Assembly: GCA_035504235.1 (NCBI GenBank)
Contig: DATJSH010000085.1
Location: 22 to 64,021 of the forward strand
Source of the DNA: Stellaceae bacterium
GTDB lineage: Bacteria; Pseudomonadota; Alphaproteobacteria; ATCC43930; CGMCC-115725
DNA: 64,000 nt
Direction of reading: 5' to 3'
Shown here: positions 46,201-54,362 of the stretch, piece after piece
Layout: each line of letters begins with the position of its first letter
How positions within the stretch are numbered: the stretch's first letter is position 1
The notes under the pieces: generated by a model
The model's database searches: none
Told to the model about the DNA's origin: nothing
The model's input: only the letters and a program-made list of their open reading frames with translations
Position numbers and translations under genes: made by a program

Positions 46201-46585
46201 CTATTTTGCGATCGGCACGGTGAACTATCTCAGCGACCCGCCAGTCGATATCCGGCAGGCGGACGGGAGTGTCGTGCAGGGGTTGGCAAAGGGAAAAATC
46301 CTCTATCTGAAGGCTGTAGTGCGCGGCGATGAGGGCGCGGCCGATGTGATCGCCTATAAGCGGGCCAATAAACCGTTCCCCGACCAATCGACCGCCGATC
46401 AATGGTTCGACGAGTCGCAATTCGAAGCGTATCGCCGGCTCGGACAACTGATGGTCGAGCGCATCGTCGGCGCTGCGACCAGTCCGGTGCGCGATTTCTC
46501 ATCGCTGTTCGGCGGGCTTAAGGGCGTCGACCCGAGCAAGGTGCCGCCACCATCGGCTGGCGCCGGGGTATCTGGAGCCACCTGA
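43262..46585 (+). CDS. patatin/cPLA2-like phospholipase domain protein with a large internal polytopic membrane region
   Basis: GGGIRS oxyanion motif (aa 89-94), TVSGG serine motif (S121, nt 43622-43624) and LSDGGHFENLG aspartate motif (D909, nt 45986-45988). About 10-12 hydrophobic helices lie between aa ~185 and ~700. RBS GGGGGAGGG. Confidence 0.8.
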   Translation: MARGQQTSRRELSEVLAEEYKAITEEWRVNAAVGDKQSIDIALDAAGDAARGRTPSPPSDPDMAAEQARRKLLYKVGHQLDLSALCLSGGGIRSAAISLGVIQGLADHGVLDKFDYLSTVSGGGYIGSWLSAWLYRVRRAGGSSDDVLKRLGSRRNAPDVEVPPLNHLREYSNYLTPKLGIFSADTWAALAIVLRNIVVNWLILLPVLAILVTVVKLIALGLTAPAPHTPAQALDQWSLAQEIELSVAILCWACGGVGLGYKLYRLYRPAYSQIRRGPEQLADQKAMRAAQGWFIWFSLLPAVIGGFCFVWLAYNKLTPGLFSNVFSDLWPNLVAIAAAARHAIAQSLPAEITAFISAHVPDTFPALVVFALCVYALALVIGWTFAAVAAMQQVFHRPAPIAPAANAPAPNPPAANFPAQPQLNGARRAWAAICRWFVVMPRWFAATFMGRWLAAILGIGRARAFNIHLSDFLSWIIAVLVFAAMICGGAFVINAMGAPITGGVSIGGVTVQREALIAIFGVPWFLLTTILAHDIYLLLDSTSPYGDVEREWLARGSGWHFIVGLAWIILFTVVLLGPAVYYFMPQTVHVVTVISGTVTALLGKSGLTSASGEKSDWKGLAANIGLAVAGPIFAVLLLILLSVVIDWVVFGYHYPCLPTDSHWDRCRSGDWLFSLRWLLPLGISVLTLLLADRCSNVNAFSLHAVYRNRLIRCFLGGARDPHRHPDGFTDFDWDDDLRVAELWRLPRLRGEWRPFHVINMTLNVADTNRLSWQQRKAMPFSVSPLSCGNADLGYRPTWCYAGPPPKHDPQPDQEIRSGISLGTAMAISGAAVSSNMGYHSSMSLSFLLTFFNVRLGVWLGNPGKAGQRSFVSLAPQPYEAEGPPFAVRPLVSELFGLTSGDSQFVYLSDGGHFENLGLYEMVRRRCRWIVVVDAGQDASRGYADLGNAVRKIWIDLGIRVTFDNSPLLKADKDAKPDGVPYFAIGTVNYLSDPPVDIRQADGSVVQGLAKGKILYLKAVVRGDEGAADVIAYKRANKPFPDQSTADQWFDESQFEAYRRLGQLMVERIVGAATSPVRDFSSLFGGLKGVDPSKVPPPSAGAGVSGAT

Positions 46586-46630
46586 TGAGCGAAGTTCGCG
46601 TGCAGGCGGGCGAATAATGGCCGGGCGAGC

Positions 46631-46965
46631 GTGACCGCCGGAGTAAGCCTGCCAACGACGCCTTCCGACTACGCCAACAAATACAAGACCGTGCGCTTCG
46701 AGCGGTCGAACGGCCTCCTGTAGATGACGCTGCGTACCGATGGCGGCTCGCTGCGCCGGGGTTTCTGCCGCATGGCGAGTTGCCCGACGCGTTCTACGAT
46801 GTCGGCGACGACCGCGAGAACCGGGTCGTCATCATCACCGGCATGGGCGCTGAATTCGCCGGGCCGCGCGCCAATCCCGGCACATGGTTCTTCCCGACGC
46901 GGCCGACGATCGAGACGGTCGATCGCATCCACTGGGAAGGCATCTCTTGATAAAGCTTCTCGATA
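46631..46965 (+). pseudogene. decayed enoyl-CoA hydratase/isomerase (crotonase) family gene fragment
   Basis: Reading from GTG at 46631 gives ...DYANKYKTVRFERSNGLL, an in-frame TAG at 46721, then MTLRTDGGSLR. A frameshift restores LPHGELPDAFYDVGDDRENRVVIITGMGAEFAGPR...VDRIHWEG. A second shift gives LLIKLLDIDA. The remainder of the gene is missing. Confidence 0.55.
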
Positions 46966-47040
46966 TCGACGCGCGGAAGCCGGAAGCGTCGACCTAAGGA
47001 CAGGCACTGCGGCTCAGATGCAACCGGGATCGGCTGATCG

Positions 47041-48285
47041 TCATTCCGTCGGCGGCCGCACTAGCGGACATTTCGACTGGGCCAGGGGCTCGAAGGCCTC
47101 GTCGCCGGGAATCGTCGAAACGAGTTGTAGGTCATCCCAGTCGCCATGGGATTCAGCCGGCGTCTTGACGCGGAACAGATACATGTCGTGGACCATCAGC
47201 CCGTCGGCGCGGATGACGCCGTTATGTGCGAAAAAGTCGTTGATCGGCGCGGTACGCATCGCCTTCATCACGGGTACCGTCGCGTCGGTGCCGGCCTTCG
47301 CCACGGCCTGGAGATAATGCATCGTCGACGAATACGTTCCGGCCTGCAGCGCGTTCGGCATTGCTCCTGTGCGGGCGAAAAACCGCTTCGACCAATCGCG
47401 CGCTGCGTCACTTTGATCCCAGTAGAAAGATTCGCTCAGCATCATGCCTTGCGTCGTCCCGAGGCCCAAATCATGCACCTGATTGATGCGCATCGACAGG
47501 CCGGCAAAGGTTTGCGGGCCGGGGATCATCTTCAGCTCCGCGGCCTTCCTGACCGCGTTGGTCGTATCGGCGCCGCCATCCGCGAGACCGACGACTTCGG
47601 CGCCCGATTGCTGTGCCTGCAGCAGGTATGACGAGAAATCCTCAGCGCCGAGCGGGTGGCGCGCATGGCCGACCACCGTGCCGCCGCTGGCCTTGACGAC
47701 GGCCGCAGTTTCGTCTTCGAGGTCATAACCGTAGCTGTAGTCGACGGTCACGAAAAACCAGCTTTTGCCGCCATTGGCGACGATCGCCTTGCCGAGCGTG
47801 TGGGCGATTGCGTAGGTGTCGTTGGTGTAGTGTACCGAGGTCGCGGTGCAGCCCTCCTGCGTCAGCCGGTTCGCGCCCGGCGCGTTGAGGATGACGATCT
47901 TGTTGCGCGTATCGGCGATGCGCTGGACGAAGAGCGCCTCCGAGGAGCCGGCGACATCCATGATCGCATCGACATGCTGGTGGTCGAACCAGTCGCGCGC
48001 GATCGTCGCGGCCTGGTCGGGGTTGTCGTGATGGTCGGCGACGACGACCTGTATCGGTGCCCCGAGCACTTTACCGCCAAAATCCTCGACCGCCATCTTG
48101 GCCGCGGTCTCGCTGCCCTTGCCGGTGAGCTCTGCATAGGGGCCGCTCATGTCGAGGATGAGGCCGAGCTTGACGACGTCGTCCGAGACCGCGCCTGGCG
48201 CAGGCGGTTGCGCGCCGGCGCCGGCGACGCAAAGCGCCGCGGTGAGCGCCAAGCTGCCACCCAGGATATGAGCTCTTATTCGCAT
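47041..48285 (-). CDS. ABC transporter substrate-binding protein (branched-chain amino acid / LivJ-like, type 1)
   Basis: ATG at 48285 gives a signal peptide (ALTAALCVAGAGAQ). Type-1 periplasmic binding protein features. Confidence 0.85.
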   Translation of the reverse strand: MRIRAHILGGSLALTAALCVAGAGAQPPAPGAVSDDVVKLGLILDMSGPYAELTGKGSETAAKMAVEDFGGKVLGAPIQVVVADHHDNPDQAATIARDWFDHQHVDAIMDVAGSSEALFVQRIADTRNKIVILNAPGANRLTQEGCTATSVHYTNDTYAIAHTLGKAIVANGGKSWFFVTVDYSYGYDLEDETAAVVKASGGTVVGHARHPLGAEDFSSYLLQAQQSGAEVVGLADGGADTTNAVRKAAELKMIPGPQTFAGLSMRINQVHDLGLGTTQGMMLSESFYWDQSDAARDWSKRFFARTGAMPNALQAGTYSSTMHYLQAVAKAGTDATVPVMKAMRTAPINDFFAHNGVIRADGLMVHDMYLFRVKTPAESHGDWDDLQLVSTIPGDEAFEPLAQSKCPLVRPPTE

Positions 48286-49247
48286 GATGCCGTGTATGGC
48301 TCTTCGTAGATCGCGGTGTACACGATTCCGTCGTCTTTGACATAGCCGCGATACATGCCAGCGCAATTGAACGGCAGCGCCAGCGTGCCGTCATGCCCAA
48401 CGGCGACAAGGCCGCCGGAGCCGCCGACCGCACGAAGCTCGACGACAACCGCCCGCGCTGCGTCGACGAGTCCCAGCCCGCCATGCGCGATCCGCGCCGC
48501 GAGCTCGTGCGCGGCGCTGTAGCGGATGAAGAGTTCGCCATGTCCGGTGGCGGACACCGCGCAGGTCGCATTGTCGGCAAAGGTGCCGGCGCCGATGATC
48601 GGACTGTCACCGACCCGCCCGGGCAGCTTGCCGGTCATCCCGCCCGTCGAGGTCGCCGCCGCGAGATTGCCGGCCCGGTCTCGGGCTACCGCGCCGACCG
48701 TGCCGTGACGACGCGATTCGTCCGCATCGACCCGCCCGGCGCGCTCCTGCTCGAGCGTCTCGGTAAGCGCTCGCCAGCGCGCCTCGGTGAAGAAATAATC
48801 TTGGTCTGCAAAGGCGAGCCCGGCTTCGCGGCAGAACGCCGTCGCGCCCTCGCCGGTCAGCAACACGTGCGGCGATCGTTCCATGACCGCGCGTGCCGCC
48901 AACACCGGGTTTTTCGGCCCGAAAATCCCGGCGACCGCACCGGCGCGGCGGTCGTGCCCGTCCATCACCGCAGCGTCCATCTCTTGGCCGCCGGCGCGGG
49001 TGAAGACGGCGCCGCGCCCCGCGTTGAACAGCTCGTCGTCCTCGAGCGCACAGACTGCCTGGGTCACCGCATCGAGCGCGCCGCCGTCGCGTGCAAGGAC
49101 ATCGCGGCCGGCGGCAAGCGCGCGGGCGAGGCCGGCGCGGTAAAGCGCATCGCGCTCGGCGCTCATCTCGGCATGCTTCAGCGTTCCGGCGCCGCCGTGA
49201 ATGGCGAGGGCGTAGCCGTTGCCGCCGCTAATCGCGCTGTCGTGCAT
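48276..49247 (-). CDS. isoaspartyl peptidase / L-asparaginase (Ntn hydrolase)
   Basis: ATG at 49247 with a GAGGGAAG RBS. IHGGAGT is present, as is the autoprocessing nucleophile context HGTVGAVARD. Confidence 0.88.
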   Translation of the reverse strand: MHDSAISGGNGYALAIHGGAGTLKHAEMSAERDALYRAGLARALAAGRDVLARDGGALDAVTQAVCALEDDELFNAGRGAVFTRAGGQEMDAAVMDGHDRRAGAVAGIFGPKNPVLAARAVMERSPHVLLTGEGATAFCREAGLAFADQDYFFTEARWRALTETLEQERAGRVDADESRRHGTVGAVARDRAGNLAAATSTGGMTGKLPGRVGDSPIIGAGTFADNATCAVSATGHGELFIRYSAAHELAARIAHGGLGLVDAARAVVVELRAVGGSGGLVAVGHDGTLALPFNCAGMYRGYVKDDGIVYTAIYEEPYTASCE

Positions 49248-49340
49248 ATCTTCCCTCAAGCGCCCGACGTGAAATGGGGCGCAGGCCTGTTTTCGGCAAT
49301 CAACTTTCCGCGATTACGGGTATGGCGGTATTGTTGGGGG

Positions 49341-50756
49341 ATGGCTGAGACCTCCTCGCCGCTAGCGGCGCACGATGTTGCCGGGCGCCAAGCGGTGGCA
49401 GCGGGTCACGGCTTCCGACTAGTGATGCTCGGGCTCGGCATGTCGATCGTGCCGCTCGACACCGCGGTCAATATCAGCTTTCCCGACATCACGGGCAGCT
49501 TCGGCCTGCCGCTGTCTATGATTCAATGGGTAGTGATCTGCTACACCCTGACCTATGCGGCGCTGATGCTGGCTTGCGGCCGTATCGGCGATATCTGGGG
49601 GCATGCGCGCGTGTTCCGCGCCGGCCTGGCATGGAGCGTTGTCGCCTATTTGCTCTGCGCCGCCGCGCCGGGGTTCGGTTGGCTCCTGTTTTTCCGCTTT
49701 CTGCAGGGTATCGGCGCGGGATTGGTGATCAGCTGCGCGCCGGCGCTCGTCACCGGGCTCTACCCCGAGGAACGGCGCAGCCACGCGGTCGGCGTGTTCA
49801 CCCTGATCTTCGCGCTGAGCTCCGCGTCGGGGCCGCTGATCGGCGGCGCGCTGGTGGCGCGTTGGGGCTGGCCGGCGGTATTCTGGTTCCGCGCGCCGAT
49901 CGCGCTCGCGAGCCTGTTGTTTCTTCGCGGACTGCCGCCGAGCCCGACCAGCGCCGGTGAGCGGTTCGATATTGCCGGCGCGCTGCTGCTGGCGTTCGGG
50001 CTCACGATACTGTTGCTGGGGATCAACGCCGGCTCGCGGCTCGGGCCCGGTATTCAGATGGTGGCGCTGCTGGCCACGGCAGTCGTGACGCTGGGTCTCT
50101 TTGCCTGGTGGGAGGGTCAAGCGCCGCGGCCGATGATCCGCATCGCCCTCTTCCGCGATCCCAGCTTCGCGGTCATCAACGCGGTCTATGTGCTGATGAA
50201 CCTGGCGGCGTTCTCGGTACTGCTGTTCGTACCGTATTTCTTCGTCCGGTTCAGTTCGATGCCGCTCTGGTTGGCGGGAATGGTGCTGGCGTCCGGCTCG
50301 ACGGCGATGGCGCTGACCTCGCCACTCGCCGGCCGACTGATCGTGCGCGTCGCCGCCGAGAAGATCGGCGCGCTCGGCATTCTGATCGTCGGGGGCGGGC
50401 TGTTCCTGATCGGCTTGTGGCCGCCCGACATTTCTCCCGGCGCGATGGCGCTGATCCTGTCGGTGCAGGGGATCGGCGTCGGGTTGTTCCAGGTGGCCTA
50501 CACGGACATTGTGATCCGCTCGTCGCCGCTCGCCGATCGCGGCGTCGCCGGCAGCCTGTCGATCCTCACACGCACCATGGGTACGGTGACCGGCGCGGCC
50601 CTCCTGACGCTGATCTTCAACCGCGTCGGACGCGGCGCGACAAGCGAGCCAGCCGTGTTCCTCACCGCATTCGCCGCGGTCTTCAAGATCGCCGGGGCAG
50701 CGGTCGCGCTGAGCGTCGTAGCGATCCCGTGGTGGCGCCGGTCGAACTCCGATTGA
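49341..50756 (+). CDS. MFS transporter (DHA2/EmrB-like drug:H+ antiporter type)
   Basis: ATG at 49341 inside the fused track ORF 48393..50756. About 471 aa and about 14 TM helices. GRIGDIWGHARVF motif A-like loop. Confidence 0.85.
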   Translation: MAETSSPLAAHDVAGRQAVAAGHGFRLVMLGLGMSIVPLDTAVNISFPDITGSFGLPLSMIQWVVICYTLTYAALMLACGRIGDIWGHARVFRAGLAWSVVAYLLCAAAPGFGWLLFFRFLQGIGAGLVISCAPALVTGLYPEERRSHAVGVFTLIFALSSASGPLIGGALVARWGWPAVFWFRAPIALASLLFLRGLPPSPTSAGERFDIAGALLLAFGLTILLLGINAGSRLGPGIQMVALLATAVVTLGLFAWWEGQAPRPMIRIALFRDPSFAVINAVYVLMNLAAFSVLLFVPYFFVRFSSMPLWLAGMVLASGSTAMALTSPLAGRLIVRVAAEKIGALGILIVGGGLFLIGLWPPDISPGAMALILSVQGIGVGLFQVAYTDIVIRSSPLADRGVAGSLSILTRTMGTVTGAALLTLIFNRVGRGATSEPAVFLTAFAAVFKIAGAAVALSVVAIPWWRRSNSD

Positions 50757-51039
50757 CGTGCGCCAGGCACAATCGCACCGCGGCGAGAAGCTGGCTCGGC
50801 GTAAACGGCTTTTGCAGCCCATTGTCGCCGCCCGTGGTTAGCACGTGCGCGGCGGGATGATGGCGTTGCAGTCCGGCAGCGCTGGTTGCGGTAAGGTCGG
50901 CGATGACGAGATCGGGGCGGGACGATATTTCATTCGCCGCGTCTTCGGCGTCGCTTACGGCGAACCCCGCCGCTTCCAGCGCGCGCCGGGCGGCCAGCCG
51001 CATCGCGGGGTCGCGGTCGATGATGTGGATCGTGACCAT
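50683..51039 (-). CDS. single-domain response regulator receiver protein
   Basis: REC landmarks are present: IIDRD, LVIADL (acceptor Asp), TTGG and KPF. The 3' end overlaps the convergent MFS gene by about 74 nt, so the true stop or extent is uncertain. Confidence 0.6.
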   Translation of the reverse strand: MVTIHIIDRDPAMRLAARRALEAAGFAVSDAEDAANEISSRPDLVIADLTATSAAGLQRHHPAAHVLTTGGDNGLQKPFTPSQLLAAVRLCLAHVNRSSTGATTGSLRRSARPLPRRS

Positions 51040-51157
51040 GGCCGACCCTAGCCGGCCATTACGCGCGATGCAGCGCGTTACCCCCTAGCCGAAGGGCTGC
51101 GGATTAGACCTTTGGTATGGGGTACTGTCGTTTTTTGCGGCTGTCGCGGGATGGTCG

Positions 51158-51553
51158 CTAAGCTGCCAGACAGCGTTTCACAGCCGCCAGCAGGGCCACC
51201 GGCTCGAATGGCTTTTTGAGGCTGTTGTCAGCGCCCAGCAACTCGGCGATGCGCAGCACGTCGTGCGCGGCGAAGTTGCCGCCGCCGGTGATCGCCAGGA
51301 TACGTGCCTCGGGGCTCGACTCGCGCAGTTCGAGGATTGTCGCCATGCCCTCCTTGCCAGGCATCAAGATGTCGACGATGACGAGATCGGGCCTCAACTC
51401 GCCGAACCGGCTGATGCCGGTCTGCGCGTCGCCGGCCGTCATCACCTCGTACCCGTCCCTTTCGAGGACGCCTTCGACGATCGTGCAAAACACGGGATCG
51501 TCGTCGATCACCAGAACCGAGTTCATCTGTCGAACCTCCGAGGTTCCATTCAT
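51158..51553 (-). CDS. CheY-like single-domain response regulator
   Basis: VLVIDDD, DLVIVDILMPG, AITGG and KKPF. Its ATG overlaps the upstream gene's stop (ATGA). Confidence 0.85.
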   Translation of the reverse strand: MNGTSEVRQMNSVLVIDDDPVFCTIVEGVLERDGYEVMTAGDAQTGISRFGELRPDLVIVDILMPGKEGMATILELRESSPEARILAITGGGNFAAHDVLRIAELLGADNSLKKPFEPVALLAAVKRCLAA

Positions 51554-52176
51554 AGCCCGCTCATCCCTTGCAGCATTGCGATCCGCACCGCGTCCGAGCG
51601 GTTGCGTGCCCCCATCTTCTTGAACGCGCTGTTGAGGTGCAGCTTGACGGTGATTTCCGAGATCGCCAGCCGATCCGCTATTTCACGGTTTGGCGAGCCG
51701 CGCACCAGATGCTCAATGCAATCGAGCTCCCGCGGAGTCAGATCGCCGAAGGACGGACGCGTCGCGTGGCGTCCAGACCGTGCGTTGACCACCGAGCGCG
51801 GTACATAGGTCTCGCCCGCCGCCATCAGCCGCAGCGCGGTCAGTAGCGCCGTGCCACGCAGATTCTTCATGATCACCCCCGCCGCGCCGCGCTCCAGCGC
51901 GCGCTCGGCTTCGCCTGCGTCCATCGCACCTGACAGCACCGCGACCGGCGTTTGCGGCAGGCTTGCCCTGACCTCGTCGAGGCCGGTCAACCCGTTCATC
52001 CCCGGCATCCGGTAATCGAGGATCACGAGGTCGAAGGCGCCGCTGTCTTCCAGTCGCTCGCGGACCTGCTGAAAATCTGCCGCTTCGATGCAGATGATGT
52101 CCGCCGCCACACGCGTCAGATAACTGGCGATCGCCTCGCGCACCAGATGATGATCGTCGGCGAGCAATATTCTCAT
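51550..52176 (-). CDS. LuxR/FixJ-family two-component response regulator (REC + HTH)
   Basis: MRILLADDHHL, LVILDYRMPG, and a C-terminal LTPRELDCIEHLVRGSPNREIADRLAISEITVKLH LuxR-type HTH. Confidence 0.9.
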   Translation of the reverse strand: MRILLADDHHLVREAIASYLTRVAADIICIEAADFQQVRERLEDSGAFDLVILDYRMPGMNGLTGLDEVRASLPQTPVAVLSGAMDAGEAERALERGAAGVIMKNLRGTALLTALRLMAAGETYVPRSVVNARSGRHATRPSFGDLTPRELDCIEHLVRGSPNREIADRLAISEITVKLHLNSAFKKMGARNRSDAVRIAMLQGMSGL

Positions 52177-52356
52177 GCGTCGTCCGCGGTCACGAGCCGG
52201 TCCGGCACGGCAAAGCGCCGCGCGTCGCGGTTCGATCGTCGGGACGGTAGTGAGTTTAGGTTAATAAGTGGCAAAGAGCCTCAGGCGTTACATGCCCGGG
52301 CGGATAACCAATTTTTCAGTGATACATCTTTAAGGTCATAAATACTCGTATTTAGT

Positions 52357-53595
52357 GTGTCAGAGACGCATGTGGTGAGCGATGCGGATGTGATCGCGTT
52401 GGCCTTGGCGGCGCGACCCCCGAACCGAGGCATACCCGAGCCGCCGCCCGGTCCCCGCTTTGAGGATCGGCTGCGCCATGCTCAGAAGATGGATGCGCTG
52501 GGTCAGATCACCGGCGGGATCGCGCACGATTTCAATAATCTGCTGCTGGCCATCAACTTCAACCTCGAGTCGCTCGCCGAGGAGGTGCCGTCGACCGGCG
52601 CTACCGAGCCGCTCTTTGAGGGCGCAAGGCAGGCGATCGACCAGGCGCACAGCCTTATCGGCCATCTGCTTGCGTTTGCGCGGCGCCAGCCGCTGAAGCC
52701 GACCGGTGTCGATATCAACGAGAGCGTGCGGCAGACGCAGCTGATGCTCCGCCGGGCAATCCCCGCCGGAATCGAGATCGAGACCCGGCTCGCCCGCAAT
52801 GCCGGCCTTGTGCTGGCCGACCGCAATCAATTTGAGACCGCTCTCCTGAACCTCGCGCTCAACGCCCGCGATGCGATGCCCGAGGGCGGCCGGCTCACCG
52901 TCGGCACGCTCGACGTTACGCTGGACGATGCCTATGCGGCGCTGCACCCTGGCGAGCCGGCGGGCCGCTATGTGATGGTCGCGGTCAGCGACACCGGGTC
53001 GGGGATGCGCCGCGACATCGCCGAGCGCGCTTTCGAACCGTTTTTCACCACCAAGTCCGGCGCGGAGCATAGCGGGCTGGGATTGAGCCAGGTTTATGGC
53101 TACGCCAAGCAGTCGGGCGGTCACGCGCGCATCGACAGCGAGCCGGAGCGCGGTACAACCGTGCAATTGTTCCTGCCGCGCTTCGGCGATGTCGCGCCGG
53201 CCGAGCATCACAGCACGGCGCCAAACCGCGGCCGCGGCGAAACAATCCTCGTCGTTGAGGACGCGATGCTCGTGCGCAATGCGGTGGCGAAGATGCTCGC
53301 CGATCTCGGCTACAAGCCGGTGCTGGCGGCCGGCTCCGACGAAGCGCTGGCGCTCCTCGAAAGCGGCGGCACGATCGACCTGTTGCTTGCCGATCTCGTG
53401 CTGCCCGGCGGACTCGGGGGCGAGGAACTTGCGGCGCTGGCGCAACGCCTCCGGCCCGATCTCGCGATCCTCTACATGTCGGGTTATGCCGAGCTCTCGC
53501 CGGCGGGCGCTGCCTTTATTGGGAAGCCTTTCACCAAGGCCCAGCTCGCTGAGCAGCTGCGGACAGTGCTCCGTCGCGAGACCGCAAACGCCTGA
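52357..53595 (+). CDS. hybrid sensor histidine kinase (HisKA-HATPase-REC) without a recognisable input domain
   Basis: H-box [11 protein letters not shown] begins about 60 aa from the N-terminus. N, G1 and G2 boxes are present (NARDAM, DTGSGM, GLGLS). C-terminal REC has [18 protein letters not shown] and KPF. Confidence 0.88.
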   Translation: MSETHVVSDADVIALALAARPPNRGIPEPPPGPRFEDRLRHAQKMDALGQITGGIAHDFNNLLLAINFNLESLAEEVPSTGATEPLFEGARQAIDQAHSLIGHLLAFARRQPLKPTGVDINESVRQTQLMLRRAIPAGIEIETRLARNAGLVLADRNQFETALLNLALNARDAMPEGGRLTVGTLDVTLDDAYAALHPGEPAGRYVMVAVSDTGSGMRRDIAERAFEPFFTTKSGAEHSGLGLSQVYGYAKQSGGHARIDSEPERGTTVQLFLPRFGDVAPAEHHSTAPNRGRGETILVVEDAMLVRNAVAKMLADLGYKPVLAAGSDEALALLESGGTIDLLLADLVLPGGLGGEELAALAQRLRPDLAILYMSGYAELSPAGAAFIGKPFTKAQLAEQLRTVLRRETANA

Positions 53596-53708
53596 CGGCG
53601 CGTACAAAACCGGATCGTTCTCGCCCGCTCGGTTGTTCGCTCGTATTGTCGTGCCTGCGTCGCGCAATGTGGGCGCTCACGGCGAGCGAGGCACATAGGG
53701 AGGCAGGT

Positions 53709-53921
53709 ATGGAAGACCACGTCTACCGCGTCATTCAAATCGTCGGTTCGTCAGAAAAAAGTATCGATGATGCGATCCACTCGGCGATTTCCCGTGCGTC
53801 GAAGACCCTGCGTGAATTGCGCTGGTTTGAGGTCCTCGAGACGCGGGGCCATATCGAGAATGGCAAGGTTCACCATTTTCAGGTGACGCTGAAGGTCGGG
53901 TTCACGCTCGAAGGGGCGTGA
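53709..53921 (+). CDS. dodecin family flavin-binding protein
   Basis: ATG at 53709 with an AGGGAGG RBS. The 70-aa sequence [23 protein letters not shown]...[10 protein letters not shown] matches the dodecin pattern. Confidence 0.8.
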   Translation: MEDHVYRVIQIVGSSEKSIDDAIHSAISRASKTLRELRWFEVLETRGHIENGKVHHFQVTLKVGFTLEGA

Positions 53922-53939
53922 GCCTCAGGGGGATAAAGA

Positions 53940-54266
53940 ATGGCCAAGGCCTATCTCGCGGTGCGCGCAGAGGTTCCGGAGGCGGATCGCGCGCAATTCG
54001 ATCATTGGTACGAGACCGACCATCTGCCCTGGGCGTTACGCGTCTTCAAGGCGCGCCGCGCCTGGCGCTGCTGGAGCAAAAGCGATGTCTCGAATGGCGT
54101 TGGGGTGCACGTCGCGTTCTACGAGTTCGACTCGGTCGCAGCCGCCGAGGCGATCTCCAAATCCGAGGCGATCAAGCCGCTCGTCGAGGATTTCGATCGG
54201 GTCTGGCAGAACAGCGTCACGCGTCGCCGCGCGGTGCTCGATGTGGTGCAGGTGATCGAGGGCTGA
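53940..54266 (+). CDS. hypothetical protein (possible dimeric alpha/beta-barrel, EthD/DUF4286-like)
   Basis: 108-aa ORF with an AGGGGGA RBS. The fold guess rests only on size and sequence pattern. Confidence 0.5.
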   Translation: MAKAYLAVRAEVPEADRAQFDHWYETDHLPWALRVFKARRAWRCWSKSDVSNGVGVHVAFYEFDSVAAAEAISKSEAIKPLVEDFDRVWQNSVTRRRAVLDVVQVIEG

Positions 54267-54362
54267 CCCACGTTTCAGCCGTCACGGGCTGCGGATAAGT
54301 CAATACCGGCCTCTGCCGGTCCGACATATGCTCGCCTTAAATTCGAGGGGAGCACGCCTGCC

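Noticed and set aside
48393-50756. 787-aa ORF suggesting a very long MFS protein
   Set aside because: The first ~315 aa are antisense to the isoaspartyl peptidase gene. The MFS transporter starts at ATG 49341 (MAETSSPLAA...).
49419-50822. 467-aa antisense ORF over the MFS transporter gene
   Set aside because: It is a shadow ORF of extreme Arg/Asp/Glu/Gln composition. The sense frame is a typical 14-TM MFS.
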